DNA from: an uncultured Gammaproteobacteria bacterium
Lineage (GTDB): Bacteria; Patescibacteriota; Patescibacteriia; UBA2169
NCBI GenBank assembly: GCA_964364695.1
Contig: CAYIMZ010000001.1
Coordinates: forward strand, 1 to 31,861
Direction: 5' to 3'
DNA length: 31,861 bases
Below are positions 1-7,719 of this stretch, piece after piece. How positions within the stretch are numbered: position 1 is the stretch's first letter; each line of letters begins with the position of its first letter. The position numbers were made by a program, and so were the translations under genes. Below the pieces are notes generated by a model. It was not told the DNA's origin. It made no database searches and was given only the letters and a program-made list of their open reading frames with translations.

Positions 1-497
1 CCGCGTTCGTGCAGCAGGCGTACGGCTGGAGCGACGAGCAGTTCATTGAGCGGGTTTTGCGCCCGTTCCTGCTGCAGCAGAAGGTGAAGGCCGCGCTCAT
101 AGGCGAGTTCGGCAAGAGCGATGAGGATCTGGAGCAGGAAGCCCTGTCTTTGGTTGTTTTAGCGCGCGAGGAAGGCGCTGATTTTGGCGCGCTTGCGCGC
201 GAGTACAGCTACGACGCAACCACGGCTGGTCAGGGAGGGGATCTCGGGTACTTTGGCCGCGGCGCGCTTGAGCCTGCGCTGGAGCAGGCGATATTCAACA
301 TGGAGATCGGCGAGGTGAGCGATCCGGTCAAGTCATCCTACGGCTTCCACGTCATTAAGCTGGAAGACAAGCTGACCGATGAGGATGGGGTCGCGCAAAA
401 AGCCCGGGCCAGGCACATCCTGGTGCGCGGGTTCAATTTTGACGAGTGGGTGGAAAGCCAAAAGCGCGACATCCCGATTTTCCGGCTCGTGCGTTGA
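1..497 (+). CDS. Peptidyl-prolyl cis-trans isomerase, parvulin/PpiC type (PrsA/SurA-like), 5' truncated by the window
   Basis: FGALAREYSYDATTAGQGGDLGYF...GEVSDPVKSSYGFHVIKL is the rotamase signature; the frame is open from the window start. Confidence 0.88.
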   Translation, partial: AFVQQAYGWSDEQFIERVLRPFLLQQKVKAALIGEFGKSDEDLEQEALSLVVLAREEGADFGALAREYSYDATTAGQGGDLGYFGRGALEPALEQAIFNMEIGEVSDPVKSSYGFHVIKLEDKLTDEDGVAQKARARHILVRGFNFDEWVESQKRDIPIFRLVR

Positions 498-522
498 TTT
501 TCTTCAATTTTTTTGCTATAGT
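494..522 (+). promoter_or_regulatory. Sigma70-type promoter for hicB-hicA
   Basis: TTGATT (494-499), 17 nt spacer, TGc-TATAGT (517-522); a 10 bp perfect palindrome ATAGTACTAT (524-533) overlaps the start codon. Confidence 0.6.
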
Positions 523-531
523 GATAGTACT

Positions 532-777
532 ATGAGAAGCTACAACTTTCAGGTGGTCATTGAGCCGGACGAGGACCGCTGGTTTGCGTACTGTCCCGCG
601 TTGAAAGACCATGCAGCGACTACCTGGGGCTACACGTACGAAGAAGCGCACAAAAACATTCAGGAGGTAGTGCAGATGATTATCCGCGGACTGAAGCGAG
701 ACGGTATTTGCATTCCTGAAGGATCAGTGGAAGAGGTGTCTCTCACGAGAGAACCCAAGGTGATGGCGCTGCTCTAG
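532..777 (+). CDS. hicB: HicB-family antitoxin (short, no obvious C-terminal DNA-binding domain)
   Basis: YNFQVVIEPDEDRWFAYCPAL...TWGYTYEEAHKNIQEVVQMII...IP matches the HicB partial RNase H fold; start re-assigned to ATG 532 within ORF 379..777. Confidence 0.85.
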   Translation: MRSYNFQVVIEPDEDRWFAYCPALKDHAATTWGYTYEEAHKNIQEVVQMIIRGLKRDGICIPEGSVEEVSLTREPKVMALL

Positions 778-792
778 CTGCCTGTTGATGCC

Positions 793-1041
793 ATGCCGGT
801 TAACCTAAGCCAGGTACGAGGTTTGACTGCGAGAAAGATTATTCAGGCCCTTCGTCAAGATGGGTTTTATTTATGGGAGCAAGAGGGAAGCCACCAGCAG
901 TACCGACATATGGATGGGAGGGCAGTGACTGTTTCTTTTCATTCCTCGGGTGATACGTTTAAGATAAAAACACTTAAATCAATGATGGAACAGGCTCGAT
1001 GGGACGAGTCAGATGTGAGGAGTTTGGGGTTGGTAGGGTAA
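793..1041 (+). CDS. hicA: HicA-family mRNA interferase toxin
   Basis: IIQALRQDGFYLWEQEGSHQQYRH..GRAVTV.FH...TLKSMMEQA has the HicA GSH catalytic motif; adjacent to hicB. Confidence 0.88.
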   Translation: MPVNLSQVRGLTARKIIQALRQDGFYLWEQEGSHQQYRHMDGRAVTVSFHSSGDTFKIKTLKSMMEQARWDESDVRSLGLVG

Positions 1042-1047
1042 CAATAC

Positions 1048-1827
1048 ATGCGGTTTTCAAAGATTAGCATCGGATTGATTGCGGTAGTTGTCGCCGCGCT
1101 TGCGGGGATTCGTTTCTTTGTGCTTCCAAGAGTTGCGAAAGTCGCACAGGAACCACCTGAAGAGTCATTGCTCTATCAATCTTTTGATCCCAATTTTCAA
1201 GCAACGTCCTTTGTGCTTAACGAAGTTTTAGAAGCCAATACGAATGATATTTATTACGGTTACTTATTTTGGCAGGAAGAGGATGGATATTCTTTACCCT
1301 TGCGCGGGTACAGTGGGGGTGTTGTCAGCGCGGTTGTCCGCCCGGGCGAAAGCGTTGAAGACATAGTAGCGTTTGTCAATGCGCGGTTGTTGGAGGAGGG
1401 ATACCAAAAAGACGCGCGCAATACTGATGTCACCGATAACGGGTTTGATACAACCCACCGGTATGGGTACCGTAAGGGTGATACTCTATGCCGTATTTCC
1501 ACGACAGATACGTTTCACTCGGATATTGAAGTGTTTTGCGGCGCCATTACCGAGCAGGACAGAATGTATCATCAAGAATTTTTTAACACTCTCAATCCGC
1601 TCGCGCGTACGGATGCGGTATTTGTGGTTGATATAGTGCATGGTGATTATGCCAGGGGATCCAAAGGGAGCGGGTTCGCGTGGTACGCAAAGAAAGAGAA
1701 CGGCGTTTGGAGAGAATTGTTTGAGGCGCAGGAAGAATTATTTTGTGACCAGGTGGACGAGTATGCCATTCCCGTTGAGGTGTACCGCAATTGCCTTGTA
1801 TCAAAAGAGGGCCAGACGCGGTTTTAG
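1048..1827 (+). CDS. Hypothetical membrane-anchored/secreted protein
   Basis: 259 aa ORF with an N-terminal hydrophobic helix (ISIGLIAVVVAALAGIRFFVL) and four Cys; no family recognised. Confidence 0.7.
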   Translation: MRFSKISIGLIAVVVAALAGIRFFVLPRVAKVAQEPPEESLLYQSFDPNFQATSFVLNEVLEANTNDIYYGYLFWQEEDGYSLPLRGYSGGVVSAVVRPGESVEDIVAFVNARLLEEGYQKDARNTDVTDNGFDTTHRYGYRKGDTLCRISTTDTFHSDIEVFCGAITEQDRMYHQEFFNTLNPLARTDAVFVVDIVHGDYARGSKGSGFAWYAKKENGVWRELFEAQEELFCDQVDEYAIPVEVYRNCLVSKEGQTRF

Positions 1828-1867
1828 AACCTCTGGAGGATCGCGCGTTAATTTTAGGCCTTGATAC

Positions 1868-1941
1868 TGGAGCGGGATACGGGAATCGGACCCGCTTCTC
1901 TGGCTTGGGAAGCCAGCGTACTGCCATTGTACTAATCCCGC
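1868..1941 (-). tRNA. tRNA-Gly (anticodon CCC)
   Basis: Reverse complement GCGGGATTAGTACAATGGCAGTACGCTGGCTTCCCAAGCCAG...GTCCGATTCCCGTATCCCGCTCCA forms a cloverleaf with encoded CCA. Confidence 0.95.
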
Positions 1942-1972
1942 TCGGCCAATCGTAGGGACGTCACTAATAGTC

Positions 1973-2048
1973 TGGAGCCACCTCCGGGGATCGAACCCGG
2001 GACCTCTGCTTTACGAAAGCATTGCTCTACCAGCTGAGCTAAGGTGGC
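1973..2048 (-). tRNA. tRNA-Thr (anticodon CGT)
   Basis: Reverse complement GCCACCTTAGCTCAGCTGGTAGAGCAATGCTTTCGTAAAGCAGAGGTCCCGGGTTCGATCCCCGGAGGTGGCTCCA, 76 nt with CCA. Confidence 0.95.
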
Positions 2049-2122
2049 TCGTCAGAGTCGGGACTTCGGCTTGCGCGTGCTGCTTCCGCAGCCCGCTTCA
2101 GCCTTCGCCCGCCTCTTCCTCT

Positions 2123-2168
2123 CGGATTTTTCCTTAACCTCGCTTCGCTTGGCCCAAGGAAAAATCCG
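2123..2168. repeat. Perfect 13 bp inverted repeat enclosing a CGCTTCGCT core (REP-like palindrome)
   Basis: CGGATTTTTCCTT (2123-2135) / AAGGAAAAATCCG (2156-2168), loop AACCTCGCTTCGCTTGGCCC. Confidence 0.75.
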
Positions 2169-2201
2169 TTTTTATTTAGATTTCAGATAGACACGAATCT
2201 A

Positions 2202-2236
2202 TGCTATAATGTAATATGCCGGAGGACATAAGTCAA
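2202..2236. promoter_or_regulatory. Overlapping divergent promoters: ftsEX (+) and tRNA-Thr/Gly (-)
   Basis: Plus strand: TGc-TATAAT (2205-2210). Minus strand: TTGACT (2236-2231), 17 nt, TACATT (2213-2208). Confidence 0.65.
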
Positions 2237-2249
2237 TTCCAGAATTTTC

Positions 2250-2930
2250 ATGGTTGAATTTAAGAATGTCAGCAAAATCTACCCTGGCCAGCAGACGGCC
2301 CTGAAAAACGTGAACCTCAAGATTGAGCCGGGCGAGTTTGTGTCCATCGTGGGCCAGAGCGGCACGGGCAAAACCACGCTGGTCCGGCTCATTCTCGCCG
2401 AGGAGCCCCCAAGCCGCGGCAGGATTATCATCGGCGGCTGGGACATCACGGACATCCGCCAGCGCGAGATCCCGATTCTTCGCAAGCAGATTGGCGTGGT
2501 GTTCCAGGATTTCAAGCTCCTGCCGCGCAAGACCCTGTTTGAGAACGTGGCGTTCGCCCTGGAGGTGGGCGGCGAGGAATGGGACAAGATTCAGGAGATC
2601 GTGCCCCAGGTGCTGCGCATCGTGGGCTTGGAGGGCAAGATGAACCGGTTTCCGAACCAGATTTCGGGCGGGGAGCAGCAGCGCGTGGTGGTGGCGCGAT
2701 CCCTGGCGCACCGGCCCAAGATCCTGGTCGCGGACGAACCCACCGGGAACTTGGATTCCATCAATTCGCGCGACATCATTGAGTTGCTCAAGAAAATTAA
2801 CGACTTCGGCACCACGGTCATCCTGGTTACGCACAACCGCGAAATCGTCAATGATTTGCACCGGCGGGTGATTACCATGGAGGACGGTATCATCATCAGC
2901 GATAGGGAACGCGGCAAGTATTTGTTGTAA
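2250..2930 (+). CDS. ftsE: Cell division ABC ATPase FtsE
   Basis: Walker A GQSGTGKT, IGVVFQDFKLL, signature ISGGEQQRV, Walker B ILVADEPTGNLD; followed by ftsX. Confidence 0.93.
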   Translation: MVEFKNVSKIYPGQQTALKNVNLKIEPGEFVSIVGQSGTGKTTLVRLILAEEPPSRGRIIIGGWDITDIRQREIPILRKQIGVVFQDFKLLPRKTLFENVAFALEVGGEEWDKIQEIVPQVLRIVGLEGKMNRFPNQISGGEQQRVVVARSLAHRPKILVADEPTGNLDSINSRDIIELLKKINDFGTTVILVTHNREIVNDLHRRVITMEDGIIISDRERGKYLL

Positions 2931-2938
2931 CCGTCATT

Positions 2939-3859
2939 ATGATTTTTCTTTCTCTATCCAGGATTATAAAATTTTCGCTCCAGAATTTCTGCCGGAACAT
3001 CTGGCTCTCCATCGTGACCATCACCATCATCGTGTTGACGCTCTTCTCCGTGACGTCGCTCGTGTTCGTGAACGCGGTCATGAACGAGGCCATCGGGCTC
3101 GTCAAGTCCAAGGTGGACGTGTCCGTGTACTTCAAGCCGGAGGCGACCGAGGAGCAGATTGCGGCGGTGCAGCAGAGCCTTTTGAACCTGCCGTACGTCA
3201 CCGCGGTTACGCACGTCACCAAGTCCGAGGCTCTGGCCAAATTGCGGGAGCAGTACAAGGGGAGCCCCCTCATCCTTGAGTCCTTAAAAGAGCTCACGGA
3301 CAATCCGCTCGGGGACACCCTCATCGTGAACACGGCCGAAACGTCCGACTACCAGAAGGTGATAGACCTTTTGAACGCGACTCCGCAGTTCGCGCTCCTC
3401 GTGGATAACCAGAGCTTTGACGACAACAGCTACGTCATAGAAAAGCTTGAGCAGATTTCAGGCCAGCTTGAGCGCATCGGTTTGGGGGTCACGGTGTTCT
3501 TCGGGCTCATCTCGCTCCTCGTGATCGTGAACACCATTCGCATCGCCATTTACACGCACCGCGACGAAATCGGCATCATGAAGCTCGTGGGGGCGTCCAA
3601 CTCGTTCGTGCGCGGCCCGTTCTTGGGCGAGGCCATCCTGTACGCCGCCCTCGGCAGCGCCATCACGTTCAGCCTCGCGTACATGGTGGCCACGTTCTCC
3701 GATCCCTACGTGGTGGGGCTGCTCGGGCCTGTGGACTTCACCTTGCTCTCGTACTTGAACCAGCACGTGCTCTACATTTTCGGGGGCGAATTGCTCGGCA
3801 TTATTGTGATATCAATGTTCGCAACCACCCTTGCGCTCCGGCGGTATATGAGGGTATGA
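2939..3859 (+). CDS. ftsX: Cell division permease FtsX
   Basis: FCRNIWLSIVTI, large extracytoplasmic loop with NPL, NTIRIAIYTHRDEIGIMKLVGASNSFVRGPFLGE. Confidence 0.93.
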   Translation: MIFLSLSRIIKFSLQNFCRNIWLSIVTITIIVLTLFSVTSLVFVNAVMNEAIGLVKSKVDVSVYFKPEATEEQIAAVQQSLLNLPYVTAVTHVTKSEALAKLREQYKGSPLILESLKELTDNPLGDTLIVNTAETSDYQKVIDLLNATPQFALLVDNQSFDDNSYVIEKLEQISGQLERIGLGVTVFFGLISLLVIVNTIRIAIYTHRDEIGIMKLVGASNSFVRGPFLGEAILYAALGSAITFSLAYMVATFSDPYVVGLLGPVDFTLLSYLNQHVLYIFGGELLGIIVISMFATTLALRRYMRV

Positions 3860-3873
3860 TGGGGAGCCGTTAT

Positions 3874-3947
3874 TCGGGGGTCGTCTAATGGTAGGACAGC
3901 GGCCTTTGGAGCCGTGAATCGGGGTTCAAATCCCTGCCCCCGAACCA
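3874..3947 (+). tRNA. tRNA-Gln (anticodon TTG)
   Basis: TCGGGGGTCGTCTAATGGTAGGACAGCGGCCTTTGGAGCCGTGAATCGGGGTTCAAATCCCTGCCCCCGAACCA; U1-A72 pair; a candidate promoter TTGCGC(3831)-18-TATGAT(3855) lies inside the ftsX 3' end. Confidence 0.95.
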
Positions 3948-3956
3948 GTGTTTTAA

Positions 3957-3979
3957 GAGAGCCAAGGAGGCTCTTTTTT
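3957..3979 (+). terminator. Intrinsic terminator after tRNA-Gln
   Basis: AGAGCC-AAGGA-GGCTCT followed by a T-tract. Confidence 0.6.
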
Positions 3980-3988
3980 GATGTGGGC

Positions 3989-4016
3989 TTGCTTTTTTTG
4001 AAAAATGTGGTATAGT
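3989..4016 (+). promoter_or_regulatory. Promoter for the receiver-domain gene
   Basis: TTGCTT (3989-3994), 16 nt, TGg-TATAGT (4011-4016). Confidence 0.55.
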
Positions 4017-4062
4017 ATTTTTACTCGTTCCACAAAACTCCAAACCCGCAGAGAGGCAGTGT

Positions 4063-4443
4063 ATGGCAACGATCATGCTGGTTGACGACAGCCCGGAAGT
4101 GAGGAGGACAATCGCGGACTGTGTGCTCGTGGGCATTCCGGGCGATCACAAGCTGCTGGAGGCAGGGAAGGCAACAGATGCCTTTGAGTGCTTGGGGTCC
4201 GGCACAGTTGACCTCATCATCACCGAGCTACGGTTCAACCAAGGCGCCATGGACGGCCAGCGGATGATAGACTACATCCGCATCGAGGACTCCAACGTGC
4301 CCATCATCGTGGTGGCGAGCGTGGACGACGAGAGCGTCCTATATGAGGTTCGCGGGGCGACACGGGTTTTCTCCAAGCCGTTCCGCATCGCCGAGCTTAC
4401 GGAGGCGGTTGCGAGCCTGCTGCCTTCTGTCCCAGTCAAGTGA
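4063..4443 (+). CDS. Single-domain response regulator receiver (CheY-like), phospho-acceptor Asp replaced by Glu
   Basis: IMLVDDS...VDLIITELRF...MDG...PIIVVAS...FSKPF. Confidence 0.85.
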   Translation: MATIMLVDDSPEVRRTIADCVLVGIPGDHKLLEAGKATDAFECLGSGTVDLIITELRFNQGAMDGQRMIDYIRIEDSNVPIIVVASVDDESVLYEVRGATRVFSKPFRIAELTEAVASLLPSVPVK

Positions 4444-4542
4444 AGCCGGAGGGTGCGGCAAGGGGATGATGTTCTCGGGGCGAGCGTGCATGCAGCGCGC
4501 CGCCCCTATTTTTTATGCGCGATGTTGGTGTATACTGTATGC

Positions 4543-5295
4543 ATGAACCAAAAACAAAAACGCATCGCCGAGGTTAAAGCCGCGCACCATAACGCCACTG
4601 CCATGGAGCGCTACCACCATGCGGGCAGGGGCTCGTATCTGCGCAACATGGTGTACGGCGCGAACGACGGCATTGTTACCACGTTCGCGGTGGTCGCGGG
4701 CGTTGCCGGAGCCAGCCTTGAACCAAAGATCGTGCTGATTCTTGGATTTGCGAATTTAATTGCGGACGGAGTTGCCATGGCAACCGGGAACTTTTTGGGC
4801 ACGCGGAGCGAAAATGCGCTCCAGGCAAAGGAGCGGGCCATGGAGTCATGGGAAGTGGCCAATGTTCCGGACGAAGAACGCCGCGAGATTCGCGACATCT
4901 ACCGCACAAAAGGGTTCAAGGGCCAGGATTTGGAGGCCGCGGTCCGCATCATCACGTCCGACAAAAAACTCTGGGTTGATGAGATGATGGTGAACGAGCT
5001 CGCTATCATCCCCGGGGAAGAAGAAAATCCCTGGAAGAACGGGCTTGCCACGTTTGTGGCGTTCATTGTTGCTGGCTTATTGCCGCTTCTGCCGTACGTG
5101 TTCGGGGTGGAATTCGGCAGCGCATTCGCGACTGCCGTTGGCATGACCGGCGTTGCATTGTTTGCGGTCGGGTCTGCGCGTTCATCGGTCACCAAAGAAC
5201 ATTGGCTTGTTTCGGGCCTTGAGATGCTCGGCGTGGGCGCCATTGCCGCGGTTTCAGCCTATGGGGTAGGGTATTTGCTCCAGGGCCTGGCATAG
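4543..5295 (+). CDS. VIT1/CCC1-family Fe/Mn transporter
   Basis: YLRNMVYGANDGIVTTFAVVAGV...GFANLIADGVAMATGNFLG...ERREIRDIY..KGF; start chosen at ATG 4543, 6 nt after TATACT (4531-4536). Confidence 0.9.
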   Translation: MNQKQKRIAEVKAAHHNATAMERYHHAGRGSYLRNMVYGANDGIVTTFAVVAGVAGASLEPKIVLILGFANLIADGVAMATGNFLGTRSENALQAKERAMESWEVANVPDEERREIRDIYRTKGFKGQDLEAAVRIITSDKKLWVDEMMVNELAIIPGEEENPWKNGLATFVAFIVAGLLPLLPYVFGVEFGSAFATAVGMTGVALFAVGSARSSVTKEHWLVSGLEMLGVGAIAAVSAYGVGYLLQGLA

Positions 5296-5340
5296 AAAAA
5301 GATTCCCGACACTTTTTTCTCATTTGAAAATCCTGCCATA

Positions 5341-5369
5341 TTGACAAGCAGACTGTTTTTTGGTATGGT
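5341..5369 (+). promoter_or_regulatory. Near-consensus promoter for the lipoprotein gene
   Basis: TTGACA (5341-5346), 17 nt, TGg-TATGGT (5364-5369); ~145 nt leader with perfect SD AAGGAGGTG (5506-5514). Confidence 0.7.
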
Positions 5370-5518
5370 GATATCTATTTTGGGCTGAACTGGGATTATA
5401 CGTATCTTCAGCTCAAAATGGGCATACATCCCTGATCAAAGTCAAGGACAAGCCGGTCTTTGTCAATCCATTTCTCATCGGTATATCACTAGGTCTTAAC
5501 AGACCAAGGAGGTGTTCC

Positions 5519-7513
5519 ATGCGACTGAATGTCGCAGTGTTCTTCGTGATGGCCGCGCTTCTCGGATGCGCGGATCGCGGTCCGGACAAGGGCAACACGG
5601 TCCTGGGTCCGGGCGATGCCGCATACCGGCTCGCCGCGCTCCCGCCCGACAACGCGCTCTTGCGCTTGTCGGATCTCACCGGCCGCAACCTTGAGGGCCG
5701 GGTCAAAGTGGATATCTACGCGCGTGAACCGCGCGTGGTTAACGGGGTTACAACTGTTGTTGAGACCCGCGTCGCAACGCGCACCGCGCAAGCGGACGCT
5801 CTGTTCGCGTTCTTCGTCTCGTCCATTCCTGCAGACGGAGACGGCAACGGCGTCGTTGACTTTGACGACTTCTTCTTGTTCGCGGACACGTTCGGCTTGC
5901 GGGAAGATAGCGAGGAGTTCAATCCCGTCTTTGACATGGACGGGAACGGCGTCGTTGACTTTGACGACTTCTTCAAGTTCGCGGACTTCTTCGGAAAGCG
6001 GAGCGCACGAGGCGCGGGCAAGCCCGCAGCAATCACGCCTCCGGTTTCCTACGAAGACGCGCCGCGCGGCAGATTGCCCGAGGCGCTGTTCGCAAGCGCC
6101 TGGGCGACCCTGGAGGATGTCTTGCGGGAGATCAACGGACCGCAGCCCGCGGCAAAGTCGCTCCAGACTTCAACGGAGCCGGAGTATCGGTTCCACATAG
6201 AGAGCCTAGAGACGCCCCCGGCGTTTGAGCCGTTTGATGTCATCATCACCGGCTCGTTCCCTGCTCACGGGGAGCCACCGAGAGAAATCTCGGTCACGCC
6301 CGCGGGCGTGGTTGGCGCCATCACCCAAACCCTGTTCGTGAGCCCCCAGGATACCACGGTTGCCTTTGGCGGCAATGCTACGATCCGCGGCATCCTGACT
6401 ACGCTGTATGATGGGGTTCCGAGTTTGGTGCAGGCTGTTACGCCTGTGCCGACATCCCGGGACACGGCGCAGAACGCGGACGGTACGCTCCGCGTGACTG
6501 CCCTGTTTTCGTACGAAGGCCTCACGGCGAGCCAGATCATCACGGTTCTCGCGCCGCCTCCTCCGCCAGACACCGAACCTCCCGCGATTGCTGTCCAGGT
6601 ACTGGAAGGCAACACGCGGCTACGGCTGACTGTGTCCGACAACCGCGCTCCCGAGCTCACGGTGACCATTACCGTGGCAGGCGGTACGATTGCGGACCAG
6701 GTGTTGCAGGAAGCCGGAACACCGGCTGACTACAACACCGGGCTCGCCTACGACGTGAGTTCACCGTGGCGGACCAGCCCTGTTTCGATCCGGGTCAGCG
6801 ATGGCCTGAACGAAGCAATCCTGGACACCGCGCTCGCGGCACAGGACGTAACTGCGCCCGTGGTCACTATCGCGGATGGCGGGTCCATAAGCGCGGAGGG
6901 GAGGCTTGCACTCTCGTTCATAGCAGACGAGGACCAGTCCGGAGTGGACCGCTCCGGTTCGTCGGTTTCCATCGTCGTGCGTTTCCCGGACGGGAGCGAG
7001 ACGGCTGGGACGTTCTCCGCGTTGAGCCGGTATGGCACATCCGGAGTCAGCGGGACTGTTGCTTCGTCGTTCGGCTCGCCGAACACGGGCTCCCCGCGCA
7101 ACGTGGAGATCGTGGTGCAGGTTGCGGACGAGGCTGGCAACACCGGCCAGAGTTCCGTGACCCTCCGCCAGAACACCTACAGCGCACCTCCGCCTCCGGC
7201 GCCTCCTCCTCCTGCGCCAGAGCCTGAACCTGAACCCACACCCCCGCCGGTCGCGCCGAGCATCAGCGCGGCAACTGCCAACGGCGTTGCGCCCGGCGGC
7301 ATTATCATCGTTACTGCCGGGAGCTCAATCGCGCTCTCTGCGAGCTTCTCGGGCACTCCCACGCCGAGCGCGTCCTGGTTGCTCGCAAGCCATGCGGCGA
7401 GCGGCGCAACCGCATCAATCACTGCGGCGAGCGGCAACCTGGTGCTGACGGTCACGAACAGCGCGGGCACGGTTACCCGCACGTGGCAGGTCGTCGCATC
7501 GGGCGCGCCGTAG
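5519..7513 (+). CDS. Predicted lipoprotein with a dockerin/EF-hand-like duplicated Ca-binding motif, Ig-like domains and Pro-rich linkers
   Basis: Lipobox LLGC (Cys17); DGDGNGVVDFDDFFLFADTFG and DMDGNGVVDFDDFFKFADFFG; PPPPP and APPPPAPEPEPEP linkers. Confidence 0.75.
   Translation: MRLNVAVFFVMAALLGCADRGPDKGNTVLGPGDAAYRLAALPPDNALLRLSDLTGRNLEGRVKVDIYAREPRVVNGVTTVVETRVATRTAQADALFAFFVSSIPADGDGNGVVDFDDFFLFADTFGLREDSEEFNPVFDMDGNGVVDFDDFFKFADFFGKRSARGAGKPAAITPPVSYEDAPRGRLPEALFASAWATLEDVLREINGPQPAAKSLQTSTEPEYRFHIESLETPPAFEPFDVIITGSFPAHGEPPREISVTPAGVVGAITQTLFVSPQDTTVAFGGNATIRGILTTLYDGVPSLVQAVTPVPTSRDTAQNADGTLRVTALFSYEGLTASQIITVLAPPPPPDTEPPAIAVQVLEGNTRLRLTVSDNRAPELTVTITVAGGTIADQVLQEAGTPADYNTGLAYDVSSPWRTSPVSIRVSDGLNEAILDTALAAQDVTAPVVTIADGGSISAEGRLALSFIADEDQSGVDRSGSSVSIVVRFPDGSETAGTFSALSRYGTSGVSGTVASSFGSPNTGSPRNVEIVVQVADEAGNTGQSSVTLRQNTYSAPPPPAPPPPAPEPEPEPTPPPVAPSISAATANGVAPGGIIIVTAGSSIALSASFSGTPTPSASWLLASHAASGATASITAASGNLVLTVTNSAGTVTRTWQVVASGAP
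5840..5986 (+). repeat. 48 bp direct repeat (45/48 identical, 99 nt period) encoding the two EF-hand-like motifs
   Basis: Copies at 5840-5887 and 5939-5986. Confidence 0.9.
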
Positions 7514-7549
7514 TCGCGTCGTTCTTCAATCGGTTCTTCTGTAGAGAAG

Positions 7550-7590
7550 GGAGGTCATCTGCGTTCGCGCGGTGGCCTCCTCTTTTTTTT
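7550..7590 (+). terminator. Intrinsic terminator after the lipoprotein gene
   Basis: GGAGGTCATC-T-GCG-TTCG-CGC-GGTGGCCTCC then TCTTTTTTTT. Confidence 0.8.
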
Positions 7591-7604
7591 GTTCAAAGCG
7601 GGAA

Positions 7605-7634
7605 TTGACAGATTCCACAAAAATAGTGTAAACT
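7605..7634 (+). promoter_or_regulatory. Promoter for the 1502 aa adhesin gene
   Basis: TTGACA (7605-7610), 18 nt, TAAACT (7629-7634). Confidence 0.55.
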
Positions 7635-7719
7635 AGGCTCTTATATATTTTTAGCTTTATTGGTTGCTTTCATAGGCAAGCATAGGCTAGAATAGCATAG
7701 CTTGCTTTGGTAGGCATTT

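Noticed and set aside
379-531. Longer annotated starts for hicB (379), VIT1 (4453), def (24561), LigB-like (27016), muralytic gene (28421), wecB (28870) and gltX (30074)
   Set aside because: The extensions overlap upstream genes or promoters and lack family similarity; downstream ATGs fit the promoter or stop-start coupling better
494-2048. Prophage or integrative element at the tRNA-Gly/Thr pair
   Set aside because: No integrase, phage gene or duplicated tRNA 3' end was found; kept only as a low-GC islet
5840-5986. Possible CRISPR or DGR repeat pair
   Set aside because: Only two copies, in frame and coding; differences are not adenine-specific; no cas or reverse transcriptase gene in the window
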